From contig OY759974.1 in NCBI GenBank assembly GCA_963662945.1, positions 1,696,001 through 1,760,000 on the forward strand: DNA of 64,000 nt. Reading direction: 5' to 3'. The notes below the pieces were generated by a model that had not been told where the DNA came from, made no database searches, and worked only from the letters and a program-made list of their open reading frames with translations. The translations under genes and the position numbers were made by a program. Each line of letters starts with the position of its first letter. Positions within the stretch are counted from its first letter, which is position 1. Positions 47,197 through 59,255 of the stretch are shown here, piece by piece. Source of the DNA: Arcobacteraceae bacterium (GTDB taxonomy: Bacteria > Campylobacterota > Campylobacteria > Campylobacterales > Arcobacteraceae).

Positions 47197-48171
47197 ATGG
47201 CATATAAAAAAGTAAAGCTTAATCATATTTCTAGAAAAGCTCTAGAAGTTGGTCATGTGTATAAATATCCCGTATTTTACAGGGAAACAGATAATATTTA
47301 TAAAGTTTTAATTGAAAAAGATTCAAGTTTTGTGCAAGAGACACAAGATAAAATAGATGCATTACAGTTAAAAGATTTATATGTTCTAACACAAGACCAT
47401 CCTTTATATGAGAGAGATACACAAGAGTATATTGGTAAAATTTTGGATGATAAGTCTGTTTCAAGTAAAGTAAAATCTGAAATTATACATGATATGGCGT
47501 CAGATACAATTAATGAATTGTTTTCTGGAGAAGTGAGTAAGTCAAAAATTGATAGAGCTGCTGATTTAGTAAATAATACTATACAGTTAATACTTAATGA
47601 TGACTCAGCTGCAAAAGCTATGTTAGGTGTAACTTCTTATGATTATTATACCTATACTCATTGTGTCAATGTATCGATTTATGCATTAGGTTTTGGAGCA
47701 TATTTAAAGCTAGATAAACAGAAATTAAATATTCTAGGGAGAGCTGGTATATTACATGATTTAGGGAAGAAAAATATTCCTAATGATATAGTCAATAAAA
47801 ATGGAAGATTGACTGATGAAGAATTTACTACTATGAAAAACCATCCATCTTATGCTGTAGATATTTTAAAAGAATTAGGAGAAAATGATTCTCTCATTTT
47901 AGATGCAATAGAACAACATCATGAAAAACTAGATGGTTCTGGATATCCAAAAGGATTAAAATCTGATGAGATACATATTTTATCTCAAATCATTGCAATT
48001 GCAGATATTTTTGATGCTCTGACAACAAAACGTTCTTATAAAAATGCTTTAACAACTTATGAGGCACTTTCCATTATGAAAAATGAAATGTCTGATGAGT
48101 TAAATAAAAATTTGTTATCAGAGTTTATGATATTTATGGGTGATAGAGTAGATAGACACAAAACAAATTAA
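47197..48171 (+). CDS. HD-GYP domain phosphodiesterase
   Basis: YTYTHCVNV, LHDLGK, HHEKLDGSGYP, ADIFDALTTKRSYK. Confidence 0.92.
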   Translation: MAYKKVKLNHISRKALEVGHVYKYPVFYRETDNIYKVLIEKDSSFVQETQDKIDALQLKDLYVLTQDHPLYERDTQEYIGKILDDKSVSSKVKSEIIHDMASDTINELFSGEVSKSKIDRAADLVNNTIQLILNDDSAAKAMLGVTSYDYYTYTHCVNVSIYALGFGAYLKLDKQKLNILGRAGILHDLGKKNIPNDIVNKNGRLTDEEFTTMKNHPSYAVDILKELGENDSLILDAIEQHHEKLDGSGYPKGLKSDEIHILSQIIAIADIFDALTTKRSYKNALTTYEALSIMKNEMSDELNKNLLSEFMIFMGDRVDRHKTN

Positions 48172-48244
48172 ATACAAGAGTATTCATATTACATTAATCT
48201 TAATATGATAGTATTATAACTTAAAATTAACACAAAGGTGGTAG

Positions 48245-49924
48245 ATGAAAAATATATTATTAGTATTGGTTTTCATGGCTTCTTTATTTGCTGGAGATGG
48301 TTTTTTAGAACCAGATAAAGCTTTTCAAACAACAATCACGAAAAATGATAATGGAGTTGAGTTTAAAATAGTTTTAGATAAAACAATTTATTTGTATGAT
48401 GAGTTCTTAAAAGTCTCAATTAAAGAACCAAAACAAATAGATATTACAAAAGAACTTAATATTGCTAAGCCTGTTGAATATGATGGGTTCCAAGTACATT
48501 TTCATGAAGTTGTTATCAATGTACCGCAAAGTTTAATAGATGCAAAAATAGGTGCTGGAAATAATTATACTTTAGAGTTGGGATACCAAGGGTGTTCAAA
48601 AGAGGGATTATGTTACTCACCTATGTCAAAAGAATATAAATCAGATATAAAAACAGTAGCACCTGCTGAAACAACTGTGACTAAAGATGTCAAGGCTGAA
48701 ACTAAACCTGTAAATGAAACTGATGCTATTGCACAAACTTTAAAAGATGGTAGTATTCTTTTAGTGTTAGCTACATTTTTTGGGTTTGGACTTTTACTTG
48801 CAATGACACCTTGTATTTTCCCTATGATACCTATTTTATCTGGTATTATTGTAAAACAATCAAATAAAGAGGGTGGAAGTATGTCAGCAGGTCGTGGTTT
48901 CTTCCTTTCTTTAGTTTATGTATTATCTATGGCTGCTGCATATACTATAGCAGGAGTTCTAGCTGGAGTATTTGGTGCAAATATTCAAGCTATGTTACAA
49001 AATCCATTTGTAATAATTGCTTTTGTTGGTATTTTTATAGCACTTGCTTTTTCTATGTTTGGATATTATGAGATTGGACTTCCAGCTTCATGGCAATCTA
49101 AATTAAATAAAACAAGTGATGAAAGTAGTAAAAAAGGTGGATTATTAGGTATTGCTATTATGGGATTTATCTCAGCACTTATAGTTGGACCTTGTGTTGC
49201 ACCACCTTTGGCTGGGGCTTTAGTATATATTGGGCAAACTGGTGATGCAGTTCTTGGTGGACTTGCTTTATTTGTGATGAGTTTAGGTATGGGTATGCCA
49301 CTTCTTGCCATTGGAATAGGTGCTGGAAAATATATGCCAAAGCCAGGTGGATGGATGACAACTGTATCAAAAGTGTTTGGTGTAGTTATGTTAGCTGTGG
49401 CTATTTGGATGCTTGATAGAATCGTTCCATTTATAGTTACAACTGTACTTATAATGATACTTGCAATGGGAAGTGCATTTTATTTAATTAAAAATGGAAA
49501 TAAATTTGGGAAAATAGTTGCTATTATTTTGATGGTAGCTTCATCAATGTTCTTAATGCAAACAATGACAGCAAAAGAGGATAAACTGCATTATACTTAT
49601 GTGAAAACAGTTGCTGAGTTTGATAAAGTTGTAGCACATTCTACAAAGCCAGTTATGATAGATTTTTGGGCGACTTGGTGTGTAAGTTGTAAAGAACTTG
49701 ATAATCTTACTTTTAAAGATCCAAAAGTGCGAGAAGAGTTAAAAAAATATTTACTTGTAAAAGTTGATGTAACTAAAAATACTAGTGATGATAAAGAATT
49801 GATGAAAAAGTTCAACCTTTTTGGACCACCTGCATTGATTTTTTATAATAATGGTGTAGAAGATAAAAATAAAAGAATCATTGGTTTTAAAAATGCTGAA
49901 GATTTCTTAAAAATAGTAAAATAG
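48245..49924 (+). CDS. dsbD: Thiol:disulfide interchange protein DsbD
   Basis: QGCSKEGLCY, TPCIFPMIPI, GPCVAPPL, WATWCVSCKE. Confidence 0.96.
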   Translation: MKNILLVLVFMASLFAGDGFLEPDKAFQTTITKNDNGVEFKIVLDKTIYLYDEFLKVSIKEPKQIDITKELNIAKPVEYDGFQVHFHEVVINVPQSLIDAKIGAGNNYTLELGYQGCSKEGLCYSPMSKEYKSDIKTVAPAETTVTKDVKAETKPVNETDAIAQTLKDGSILLVLATFFGFGLLLAMTPCIFPMIPILSGIIVKQSNKEGGSMSAGRGFFLSLVYVLSMAAAYTIAGVLAGVFGANIQAMLQNPFVIIAFVGIFIALAFSMFGYYEIGLPASWQSKLNKTSDESSKKGGLLGIAIMGFISALIVGPCVAPPLAGALVYIGQTGDAVLGGLALFVMSLGMGMPLLAIGIGAGKYMPKPGGWMTTVSKVFGVVMLAVAIWMLDRIVPFIVTTVLIMILAMGSAFYLIKNGNKFGKIVAIILMVASSMFLMQTMTAKEDKLHYTYVKTVAEFDKVVAHSTKPVMIDFWATWCVSCKELDNLTFKDPKVREELKKYLLVKVDVTKNTSDDKELMKKFNLFGPPALIFYNNGVEDKNKRIIGFKNAEDFLKIVK

Positions 49925-49930
49925 GTTAGA

Positions 49931-50434
49931 ATGGATTTAGTTGCTTATATTGATAGAGGGGGTATAATAGTATATATCTTAATAGTTATGAATATTATTG
50001 GATTTACTATTATGCTTTGGAAGGCATTTGTTTTTTTTATTGCAAATATGAACATAAATCAAATTGCCAGTGATATAATTTCAAGTTTACGTTTTACCAA
50101 AGAGTATGAAATAGCACAAGTGCAAGCAACTGTTGCACTTCGTGTTAAGAAACTAGAAACAGGGCTTAATACTGTCAAACTTATAGCATCAATTTCTCCA
50201 CTTATTGGACTTTTGGGGACTGTAATAGGAATATTAAACTCTTTTGATAGTATAAGTCATCTAGGACTTGGTGATCCAACTGTATTTTCTAGTGGGATTA
50301 GTATTGCCCTTATCACAACTGTAGCTGGACTTCTTGTGGCTATTCCACATTATATAGGGTATAACTATTTTATTGGAAGTTTAGATAGTATGGAGATTAA
50401 ACTAGAAAAAATAATTCTTGATAAGATAGACTAA
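49931..50434 (+). CDS. MotA/TolQ/ExbB proton channel protein
   Basis: SPLIGLLGTVIGI, GISIALITTVAGLLVAIP. Confidence 0.92.
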   Translation: MDLVAYIDRGGIIVYILIVMNIIGFTIMLWKAFVFFIANMNINQIASDIISSLRFTKEYEIAQVQATVALRVKKLETGLNTVKLIASISPLIGLLGTVIGILNSFDSISHLGLGDPTVFSSGISIALITTVAGLLVAIPHYIGYNYFIGSLDSMEIKLEKIILDKID

Positions 50435-50440
50435 GATAGT

Positions 50441-50830
50441 ATGCGACATAAAAAAAGAGAAATCCTTACTCCTGATTTAACTCCCCTTATTGATATTGTT
50501 TTTATTTTATTAATATTTTTTATTGTAAGTTCAGTATTTAAAAAAGAGGAATTGGCGCTTAATTTATCCCTTCCTAGTTCAAATGGAAAAGAGTTAGAAG
50601 TAGAGATAAAACAGTTAAATATAGAACTGTCTCCCACTTCTTTAGCGTATTTAGGGAAACAGATTGATTTTGCACAATTAGATATTCAACTAGCAAATAT
50701 TACAAAAAAAGATTTACCTGTTATTTTACGAATAGATAAAGATGTAAAATATGACAGGCTTATTAAAGTTTTAGATGCTCTTCAAAAATACTCTTTAAAT
50801 AATTTGGCTTTAGTGACACAAGAGAATTAA
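50441..50830 (+). CDS. ExbD/TolR biopolymer transport protein
   Basis: DLTPLIDIVFILLIFF. Confidence 0.92.
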   Translation: MRHKKREILTPDLTPLIDIVFILLIFFIVSSVFKKEELALNLSLPSSNGKELEVEIKQLNIELSPTSLAYLGKQIDFAQLDIQLANITKKDLPVILRIDKDVKYDRLIKVLDALQKYSLNNLALVTQEN

Positions 50831-51990
50831 TTAAAAGCTTTTACTATATTATTAAGTGAGATTTTGAGTTCATCAAGTGGCAATGCTACATTTATTCTAA
50901 AACATTTTTCACCTTCTTGTTTTGAAAAATTTTTCCCATCGTTCAGAAGTACTTTTGCTTTGTTTGTAAGTTTGGCAAAAATTTGATTATGTGACAACTC
51001 AAATTGTGAAAAATCTAACCAAATAAGATATGTAGCTTCATTCTGAACTACCTTAAGTTTTGGTAAATTTTTTTTAAAATATTCATAGGTAAAATTACAA
51101 TTATTTTCTAAATAAATATTGAGTTGCTCTATATATTCTAATCCTTTTTTACTATAAGCACTTTTAATTGCAATTGGAGCAAAGATATTTAATTCATCTA
51201 CATATCGTTTTTTTATTTCATTTTGCAATATACTATTTAGGTATTCATTTTTACATAGAGTATAAGCGATTTTTATCCCAGCAAGATTAAAAGATTTCGT
51301 TGGTGAGTTTAATACAATACAATTGTTTTCACACTCTTGCATATCTAATAAAGAAGTAAAAGAGGTAAAACAAAGATCACTATGAATCTCATCACTTATG
51401 ATGATGATATTATTTTGTTTACAAATTTTTGAAAGTTTTTCTAACTCTTTTTTAGTCCAAGAACGCCCTATTGGATTGTGAGGATTGCATAGAATAAGAA
51501 GTTTTGTTTTTTTAGATATTCTTTTTTTTAAGTCTTGGAAATCAATTTGATATTTATCATTTACTTTTTTTAATTTATTTTCTATGAGTACTCTATTATT
51601 GAGTTTGACTATATCATAAAATGGTGGATAAACAGGAGTTTGAATAATTACTTCATCATTTTGTTCACTAAAGGCAGAAATACAACAAGCTAGAGAACTT
51701 AAAACACTTGGCATAAGATGAATATGTTTTTTTTCTACTTCTATATTGTATTTCTTTTTTTGCCAAAATTTTATAGATTCAAATACTTCTTTATCAATAT
51801 GTGGATAACCCATAACTTTTGTCTGAAGTACTTTTTCTAAATTTTTTAAAATAAATTTTGGTACTTCAAAATCCATATCAGCAATCCACATAGGTTTTGT
51901 ATCTTTATCTACTTGAAATCTTTCCTCAATAGCATCATATTTGATGCAGTTTGTATTTTGTCTATTGATATATTTATCAAATTTTTTCAT
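50827..51990 (-). CDS. PatB/MalY-family PLP-dependent C-S lyase
   Basis: PMWIADMDF, LCNPHNPIG, SDEIHSD, SPTKSFNLAG, ATYLIWLD; TAATG overlap with the ovoA stop. Confidence 0.9.
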   Translation of the reverse strand: MKKFDKYINRQNTNCIKYDAIEERFQVDKDTKPMWIADMDFEVPKFILKNLEKVLQTKVMGYPHIDKEVFESIKFWQKKKYNIEVEKKHIHLMPSVLSSLACCISAFSEQNDEVIIQTPVYPPFYDIVKLNNRVLIENKLKKVNDKYQIDFQDLKKRISKKTKLLILCNPHNPIGRSWTKKELEKLSKICKQNNIIIISDEIHSDLCFTSFTSLLDMQECENNCIVLNSPTKSFNLAGIKIAYTLCKNEYLNSILQNEIKKRYVDELNIFAPIAIKSAYSKKGLEYIEQLNIYLENNCNFTYEYFKKNLPKLKVVQNEATYLIWLDFSQFELSHNQIFAKLTNKAKVLLNDGKNFSKQEGEKCFRINVALPLDELKISLNNIVKAFN

Positions 51991-54071
51991 TATTTCTTCT
52001 TCCACACACTACATAAACTAAAAGTGTGTTGATATTTTCTACAATGCTCTTGTATTACAAATTCTACTTCAAAAGGTTTTTCAATCATTATAAAGTTTTC
52101 TAATAATATTTTGTTAAGTACATCTTGAGAGTATATTGGAGTATTGTTTTCTAATTTTCCTCCAAGCCAATCTTTTTTAGCAATATATTCTTCACTCCAA
52201 GTAAATGGAGAAGCAATGATTAATATCCCATCTTTGTTGAGTTTAGAGGTAATATCATTTAAGAATTTTTTACTATCATATAATCTATCGAGTAAGTTTA
52301 TAGCTACTATCATATCAAAAGAATGAAAATTTGGTTTTAGATTACAAGCATCTCCTTGCCAAAATTCTAAGCCTTGCATATCTAGAGCATCAAGTCCTAA
52401 GTCTTTTAGTGTTACAGTTTTATTTTGTGTAATATCACCTTCAATTTTTTGTTTATAATTAATATGTTTTTTTTCTTGTAAATTAATAGCTACTTTGATA
52501 AATCTTGCTGAAAAATCTATCCCTGTTACATTTGGAAAATATTTTTTAAGTTCAAAACTACATCGACCAACACTACAACCTAAATCTAATACTTTTTTTG
52601 TTGTTGCATTGCTGTATTTTTTTGCAATTTGAGCAATTGTTTTTGGGAAGTTTTGAACTCCTAAATACTCATCTCCATAGTGAAATTCACAATATTGAGC
52701 TACTATCTCATCACTTTCGTAATATTCTATATCTTCATCGATGTTTTGTGTACTATGTACATATCGAAATCCAGCATGTTGATAAAAATGTTTTCTAAAA
52801 GCATATCGTGCACTTTTAAGTATTTGATTTCCTTTACTTGCCCAAGAACCACCTTTTATAAGATTGTGCTGTCCATCAAATGTTGGAACAGAAAAGTCAT
52901 CATAGATTGGATGTACTTTAAAGCCATGGAATCCATCAATAGGTGTTCTACTCCATTGCCAAACATTTCCAACTACATCATAAAAATCTCCATGTTTATA
53001 CATATCTATAGGTGTTGAAGAGGAGTAGTGATGATTGATATTTGCTTCATATGTAACTTCTTCTGGTAAGTTACAAATCTCTCTTAGTCTATAATATTGT
53101 GCCTCACTTGGTAGTGTAATTTCTTTTGAGAGTTTTTCACTTTTGTATCTACAAAATGCCTCTGCTTCATGGCAGTTTACTTCTACTGGCCAATTAAGTG
53201 GCATCTCTATAATTTTTGTTAAGGTTCTATATTTGTAACCAGTTACATCAGGTATCCAAAATGGAGGATGAATAACTTTGTGTTCATTTTTCCATTCTAG
53301 TGCTTCAGTATCCCAAAATCTATCAGTTGTATAGCCATTATCATTTACAAATTCTAAATATTCACGATTTGATACAAGATATTGTGATGCTTCAAAATCT
53401 TCAACAGTTAGAATCTCTTTTCCATATTCATTATCCCAACCATAAAAATCATGGGCATTATGAGATTTTCCCAATATAAGAGTATCTCCAGAAACTTTAA
53501 GAAGTTTATTTTGTGGTGCAGTATCACTATTCTCAAAGATTTTAAAATAAGAAGAGTCTTTTAGAAATCTTATATCAAGTTGTCTATGTAAAACAGAGGA
53601 AGTTTCAAAATGAATATTTTCATGTTCAATTCCCATAAGAATAATCCACATAGGACTATCCCAAGTTATTGGAAGTGTGAAGTTTACTGTTTGAATATAG
53701 TCACATACACACTTTTTTACTTTTTCTCTATACTTTTTTGTTTTGTCTACAGTTGGGAATTGTATATTTTGTAAATCATCCCAAGCCATTTCATCAACAC
53801 CAATAGCAAAAATTGATTCCAATTCAGGGTCTATTCTAGTAGTGAGTTCTTGTGCTAAAATAAGTTTATTGATATAAAAAACAGCAGTATGTCCAAAATA
53901 AAAAATAAGTTTGTGTCTTAAAGGTTCTGGCTGTTCATAAAAAACAGAATCTTCAATAAAAATATCAAATAACTTTTCAAAACTTTCAAATGTTTCTAAA
54001 AAGTATTTTGCTATCTCTTCTCTTTTATCTTCTATACTGTTTCCATCTAATGCTATATTTTTTTGTTTCAA
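51990..54071 (-). CDS. ovoA: 5-histidylcysteine sulfoxide synthase/methyltransferase (ovothiol biosynthesis)
   Basis: LRHKLIFYFGHT; GIEHENIHFETSSVL (HxxxHxE); FGE-like domain (YGWDNEYG, GNVWQW); C-terminal MTase (QYCEFHYG, LDLGCSVGR, QGDACNL). Confidence 0.93.
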   Translation of the reverse strand: MKQKNIALDGNSIEDKREEIAKYFLETFESFEKLFDIFIEDSVFYEQPEPLRHKLIFYFGHTAVFYINKLILAQELTTRIDPELESIFAIGVDEMAWDDLQNIQFPTVDKTKKYREKVKKCVCDYIQTVNFTLPITWDSPMWIILMGIEHENIHFETSSVLHRQLDIRFLKDSSYFKIFENSDTAPQNKLLKVSGDTLILGKSHNAHDFYGWDNEYGKEILTVEDFEASQYLVSNREYLEFVNDNGYTTDRFWDTEALEWKNEHKVIHPPFWIPDVTGYKYRTLTKIIEMPLNWPVEVNCHEAEAFCRYKSEKLSKEITLPSEAQYYRLREICNLPEEVTYEANINHHYSSSTPIDMYKHGDFYDVVGNVWQWSRTPIDGFHGFKVHPIYDDFSVPTFDGQHNLIKGGSWASKGNQILKSARYAFRKHFYQHAGFRYVHSTQNIDEDIEYYESDEIVAQYCEFHYGDEYLGVQNFPKTIAQIAKKYSNATTKKVLDLGCSVGRCSFELKKYFPNVTGIDFSARFIKVAINLQEKKHINYKQKIEGDITQNKTVTLKDLGLDALDMQGLEFWQGDACNLKPNFHSFDMIVAINLLDRLYDSKKFLNDITSKLNKDGILIIASPFTWSEEYIAKKDWLGGKLENNTPIYSQDVLNKILLENFIMIEKPFEVEFVIQEHCRKYQHTFSLCSVWKKK

Positions 54072-54157
54072 AACTTGCCTTCTTTTTTCTTTGATTTTAT
54101 TCTACCAAAAGATTGATTTGATACAATAATGTTTATAACAAATTTAAGGGTAAAATA

Positions 54158-54442
54158 ATGGCAACAGCAAGTGCAAGACATATATTAGTAGCAGATGAGA
54201 TAGTTTGTAATGAATTAAAAAAGAAAATATTAGCAGGTGAAACAACATTTGAAAAAGCAGCACAAGATTATTCACAATGCCCATCAGGTGCAGATGGTGG
54301 AGATTTAGGAACTTTTCCAAGAGGTGCTATGGTACCTGAGTTTGATAAAGTAGTATTTGAAGAGGAAGTTGGAGTAGTTCATGGTCCTGTGAAAACACAA
54401 TTTGGATGGCATTTACTAGAAACAACTTCAAGAGAAGACTAG
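54158..54442 (+). CDS. ppiC: Parvulin-type peptidyl-prolyl isomerase
   Basis: ARHILV, SQCPSG..GGDLG, GPVKTQFGWH. Confidence 0.92.
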   Translation: MATASARHILVADEIVCNELKKKILAGETTFEKAAQDYSQCPSGADGGDLGTFPRGAMVPEFDKVVFEEEVGVVHGPVKTQFGWHLLETTSRED

Positions 54443-54456
54443 GAGGATAAAATCCA

Positions 54457-54963
54457 ATGGCAAAATCAAAAGAACACAGCTTTGATATCTCTGCAAAATT
54501 AAATATGCAGGATATGAAAGATGCAGTAATCCAAGCACAAAAAGAGATTGATAATCGTTATGATTTCAAAGGTATTACAAAAGAGATAGATTTTAATCCT
54601 ACAGCAAAAACATTAGTTCTTATAAGTGCAAGTGATAATAAAATAGATGCAATGAAAGATGTTCTTATTTCTAAAATGAATAAAAGAGGGGTTTCAATAA
54701 ACTCTATTGAAGAAGTAAAGTCTGAAGATGCAAGTGGAAATAATAGAAGATTTACCTATAAAATCATTGATAGTATTGAAGCAGATGATGCAAGAAGAAT
54801 TCAAAAAGAGATAAAAGATTTAAAACTTAAAGTGACAGCCGCAAATCAAGGTGATGAGATACGAGTAAGTGGAAAAAATCTTGATGATTTACAAAAAGTT
54901 ATAGCACATTTGAGAGGTTTAGAAGATTTAAAAGTACCTTTGACTTTTGATAACTTTAGATAG
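54457..54963 (+). CDS. yajQ: YajQ-family nucleotide-binding protein
   Basis: SFDIS, RYDFKG, QGDEIRVSGK..DDLQ. Confidence 0.93.
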   Translation: MAKSKEHSFDISAKLNMQDMKDAVIQAQKEIDNRYDFKGITKEIDFNPTAKTLVLISASDNKIDAMKDVLISKMNKRGVSINSIEEVKSEDASGNNRRFTYKIIDSIEADDARRIQKEIKDLKLKVTAANQGDEIRVSGKNLDDLQKVIAHLRGLEDLKVPLTFDNFR

Positions 54964-54993
54964 ATAAATTGTAGAGATTTCTCTACAATTTAT
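54964..54993. terminator. Hairpin between convergent genes
   Basis: ATAAATTGTAGAGA-TT-TCTCTACAATTTAT. Confidence 0.65.
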
Positions 54994-55465
54994 TTTCCAT
55001 TCGTAACTTTCTTCTTCGTTTTCCATCTTCAAATCGTCTTTTGCACTCTTCTGACTCTGGATTTAAAGGTGGTACTGGTGTTGGTTTTTTATCATCACCC
55101 AAAGCAACCATTGTAAAATAACAAGTATGTGTATGTGTTACTATTTTTTTCTGAATATTCTCAGAAACCACTTTTATCCCTATCTCCATAGAGGTAGTTC
55201 CAGTATAGTTTACATGGGCAAAAAAAGTAACAAAATCTCCTACAAAAATAGGGTGCTTAAAAAGTACTTTATCAACAGAAAGTGTTACAACATAGTGTCC
55301 ACAATATCTTGTTGCACAGGCATAAGCTATTTGATCCAGATATTTTAAAAGCTCGCCACCGTGAACATGTCCTGTGAAATTTGCTTTATCTGGTGTCATT
55401 AAAACACTCATTTGCATTGATCGAATATCTGTATTTAAAACATTACTATCCATTTTTGTCTCCAA
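54983..55465 (-). CDS. Acyl-CoA thioesterase (hotdog fold)
   Basis: PDKANFTGHVHGG, VNYTGTTSMEIG; exact start uncertain. Confidence 0.92.
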   Translation of the reverse strand: METKMDSNVLNTDIRSMQMSVLMTPDKANFTGHVHGGELLKYLDQIAYACATRYCGHYVVTLSVDKVLFKHPIFVGDFVTFFAHVNYTGTTSMEIGIKVVSENIQKKIVTHTHTCYFTMVALGDDKKPTPVPPLNPESEECKRRFEDGKRRRKLRMENKL

Positions 55466-55525
55466 AGTTTACTATAATAAAATCTTATCACTATTGTATA
55501 GTATTTATATAGCAAAAATTATAAT

Positions 55526-57481
<1,956 letters not shown>

Positions 57482-57612
57482 TCAAATTCTCATTAGTTTA
57501 TAGTATTAGTAATGTATTTTACCAAATGATTGATTTGGTTTAGTTATGGTGAGGTTATTTTATAAAAAGTTAGAGAAAGTTGAGTATTGTTTTTTGGTAT
57601 TAGAAATTATTT

Positions 57613-57945
57613 CTAATACCCATGTAATGCGTTAAACTCTAGTAAAGCACTACAATTAGTACAGCTACTACTTCCAATATGCTCATTACATTTTATACAA
57701 GGGTGTGTGATATGATCAAAATTTCTTGATACACTACAGTTTGGATTTTGTATAGCCATATATGATACATTTAATACAGGGTCGTATGCTAATGTATCAA
57801 GAATCTCTTTCGGTGTGTGGATATTTGTAGCTAATGCTCTTCTTACAACTGTATTTACATTTCGTTTTAATCTATGTAAAACACTTTCATCTGAACTGTT
57901 GATTGCTAACTGTAACTCTTCATCAATATTAATCATCGCACTCAT
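57613..57945 (-). CDS. Small protein with LRV/HEAT-like repeats and a C-terminal CxxC...CxxC
   Basis: VRRALATNIHTP, LAYDPVLNV, CIKC...CTNC; AAGGA RBS. Confidence 0.7.
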   Translation of the reverse strand: MSAMINIDEELQLAINSSDESVLHRLKRNVNTVVRRALATNIHTPKEILDTLAYDPVLNVSYMAIQNPNCSVSRNFDHITHPCIKCNEHIGSSSCTNCSALLEFNALHGY

Positions 57946-58076
57946 GTTAAATCCTTATTAGAGAATTTGTATACTTTTAGTTATTTTATAAGTATACTTT
58001 ATATTGTGTATTATATATACAACTACTATAATATAATATATACAAATAAGAGTAATATTGTCTTTTAAGATTGTAT

Positions 58077-58982
58077 TCAGTTCTGAAAAATCAAGTTTTT
58101 TAAAGCTCTTTGTGGTTCATTTGTCTCAAATTCTTCAGGGTTTTCAAGTCGTTTTACAAAACTAAAAGTTGGTGCAAATTCTTTAAAAATATTGACTATA
58201 AAATTTTCATCTAAATTTGGAGCATTTAAACATGCCATTACTGTACAATCAACACTTGAAAATTCATGAAGTTTTTTGATTATTTTTTGATAATCTTTTG
58301 TTGCTTCAAAACTTCCTTTTTGAAAAGTAGGGGGATCTATGATGATTATATCAAAAGGACCATCTCTTTTAATACGTCCAAATGATTTTAAAATATTATG
58401 GGGATAAAATTTTACCTTTGTAGTATCAAGGTTATTTAACTGATGATTTATTCTACCTGTATTTAAAGCATTTTTTGCCATATCCATGTTTACTACTAAG
58501 TTTGCGTCACCTTTCATTGCAGCTAAACTAAAACCACATGTGTATGAAAAAAGATTTAAAACTTTTTTATTATTAGCAATATCTTGAATATAGGCTCTTC
58601 CATTTTTCATATCTGGAAAATAACCACTATTTTGATTTGATAAAAGATTGAGTTTAAATAGTAGCTGGTTCTCTTTGGCAATGACTTCATCATCGAGTGT
58701 TCCAACTATAATCTCTGTAGAGGTTTTTTCGATATAACGTCTTTGTAAAATTATAGTTTGATGTTGAGTATTTTCTATAAATTTGATAAGCATTTCTAAA
58801 AGTTCTTTTTCTAGTTCTATAGAGATTTCATCATAAAATGCTACACTTAAAATAGTATCAATAGAATCAATAGTTAAGAACTTCCAATCTTCATATACTC
58901 CACCTCGACCATGAAAAATTCTTTTAAATTCAGATGTTAAGTTTGAGGAGTTTTTTTCTAATATCTCTTTTACAATATTCAT
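58077..58982 (-). CDS. Class I SAM-dependent methyltransferase (RlmI-like)
   Basis: RIFHGRG, VLNLFSYTCGFS, IIIDPPTF; TAATG overlap with the upstream gene. Confidence 0.88.
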   Translation of the reverse strand: MNIVKEILEKNSSNLTSEFKRIFHGRGGVYEDWKFLTIDSIDTILSVAFYDEISIELEKELLEMLIKFIENTQHQTIILQRRYIEKTSTEIIVGTLDDEVIAKENQLLFKLNLLSNQNSGYFPDMKNGRAYIQDIANNKKVLNLFSYTCGFSLAAMKGDANLVVNMDMAKNALNTGRINHQLNNLDTTKVKFYPHNILKSFGRIKRDGPFDIIIIDPPTFQKGSFEATKDYQKIIKKLHEFSSVDCTVMACLNAPNLDENFIVNIFKEFAPTFSFVKRLENPEEFETNEPQRALKNLIFQN

Positions 58983-59173
58983 TAACAAATCTCTTGCACT
59001 CTACCTACATCACCAGTTGTGAGGCGTACTTTTATTCCATGTGGATGTGTTGGGGAGTTTGTAAGAATATCTTTCACTATTCCTTGTGTTAATTTCCCAC
59101 TTCTTTGGTCTTGTTTTAAGACAATATTGACTTTAAGTCCTTGTTTTATATTAATTCTTTTTTTCCCATCCAT
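58982..59173 (-). CDS. YwbE-family protein
   Basis: IVLKQDQRSGKLTQGIVKDILTNS..HPHGIKVRL..G.VGRV. Confidence 0.88.
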   Translation of the reverse strand: MDGKKRINIKQGLKVNIVLKQDQRSGKLTQGIVKDILTNSPTHPHGIKVRLTTGDVGRVQEIC

Positions 59174-59255
59174 ATTCAAAATCCTCTATTTTTATGAGAT
59201 TATATCTATTGTTTGCTATAATTTGTTAGTAATAAATTATGTATACGGAGAGAAG

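Noticed and set aside
59019..59255. N-terminal extension of the 192-aa ORF
   Set aside because: Overlaps the YwbE gene antisense; an RBS-supported ATG exists at 59256
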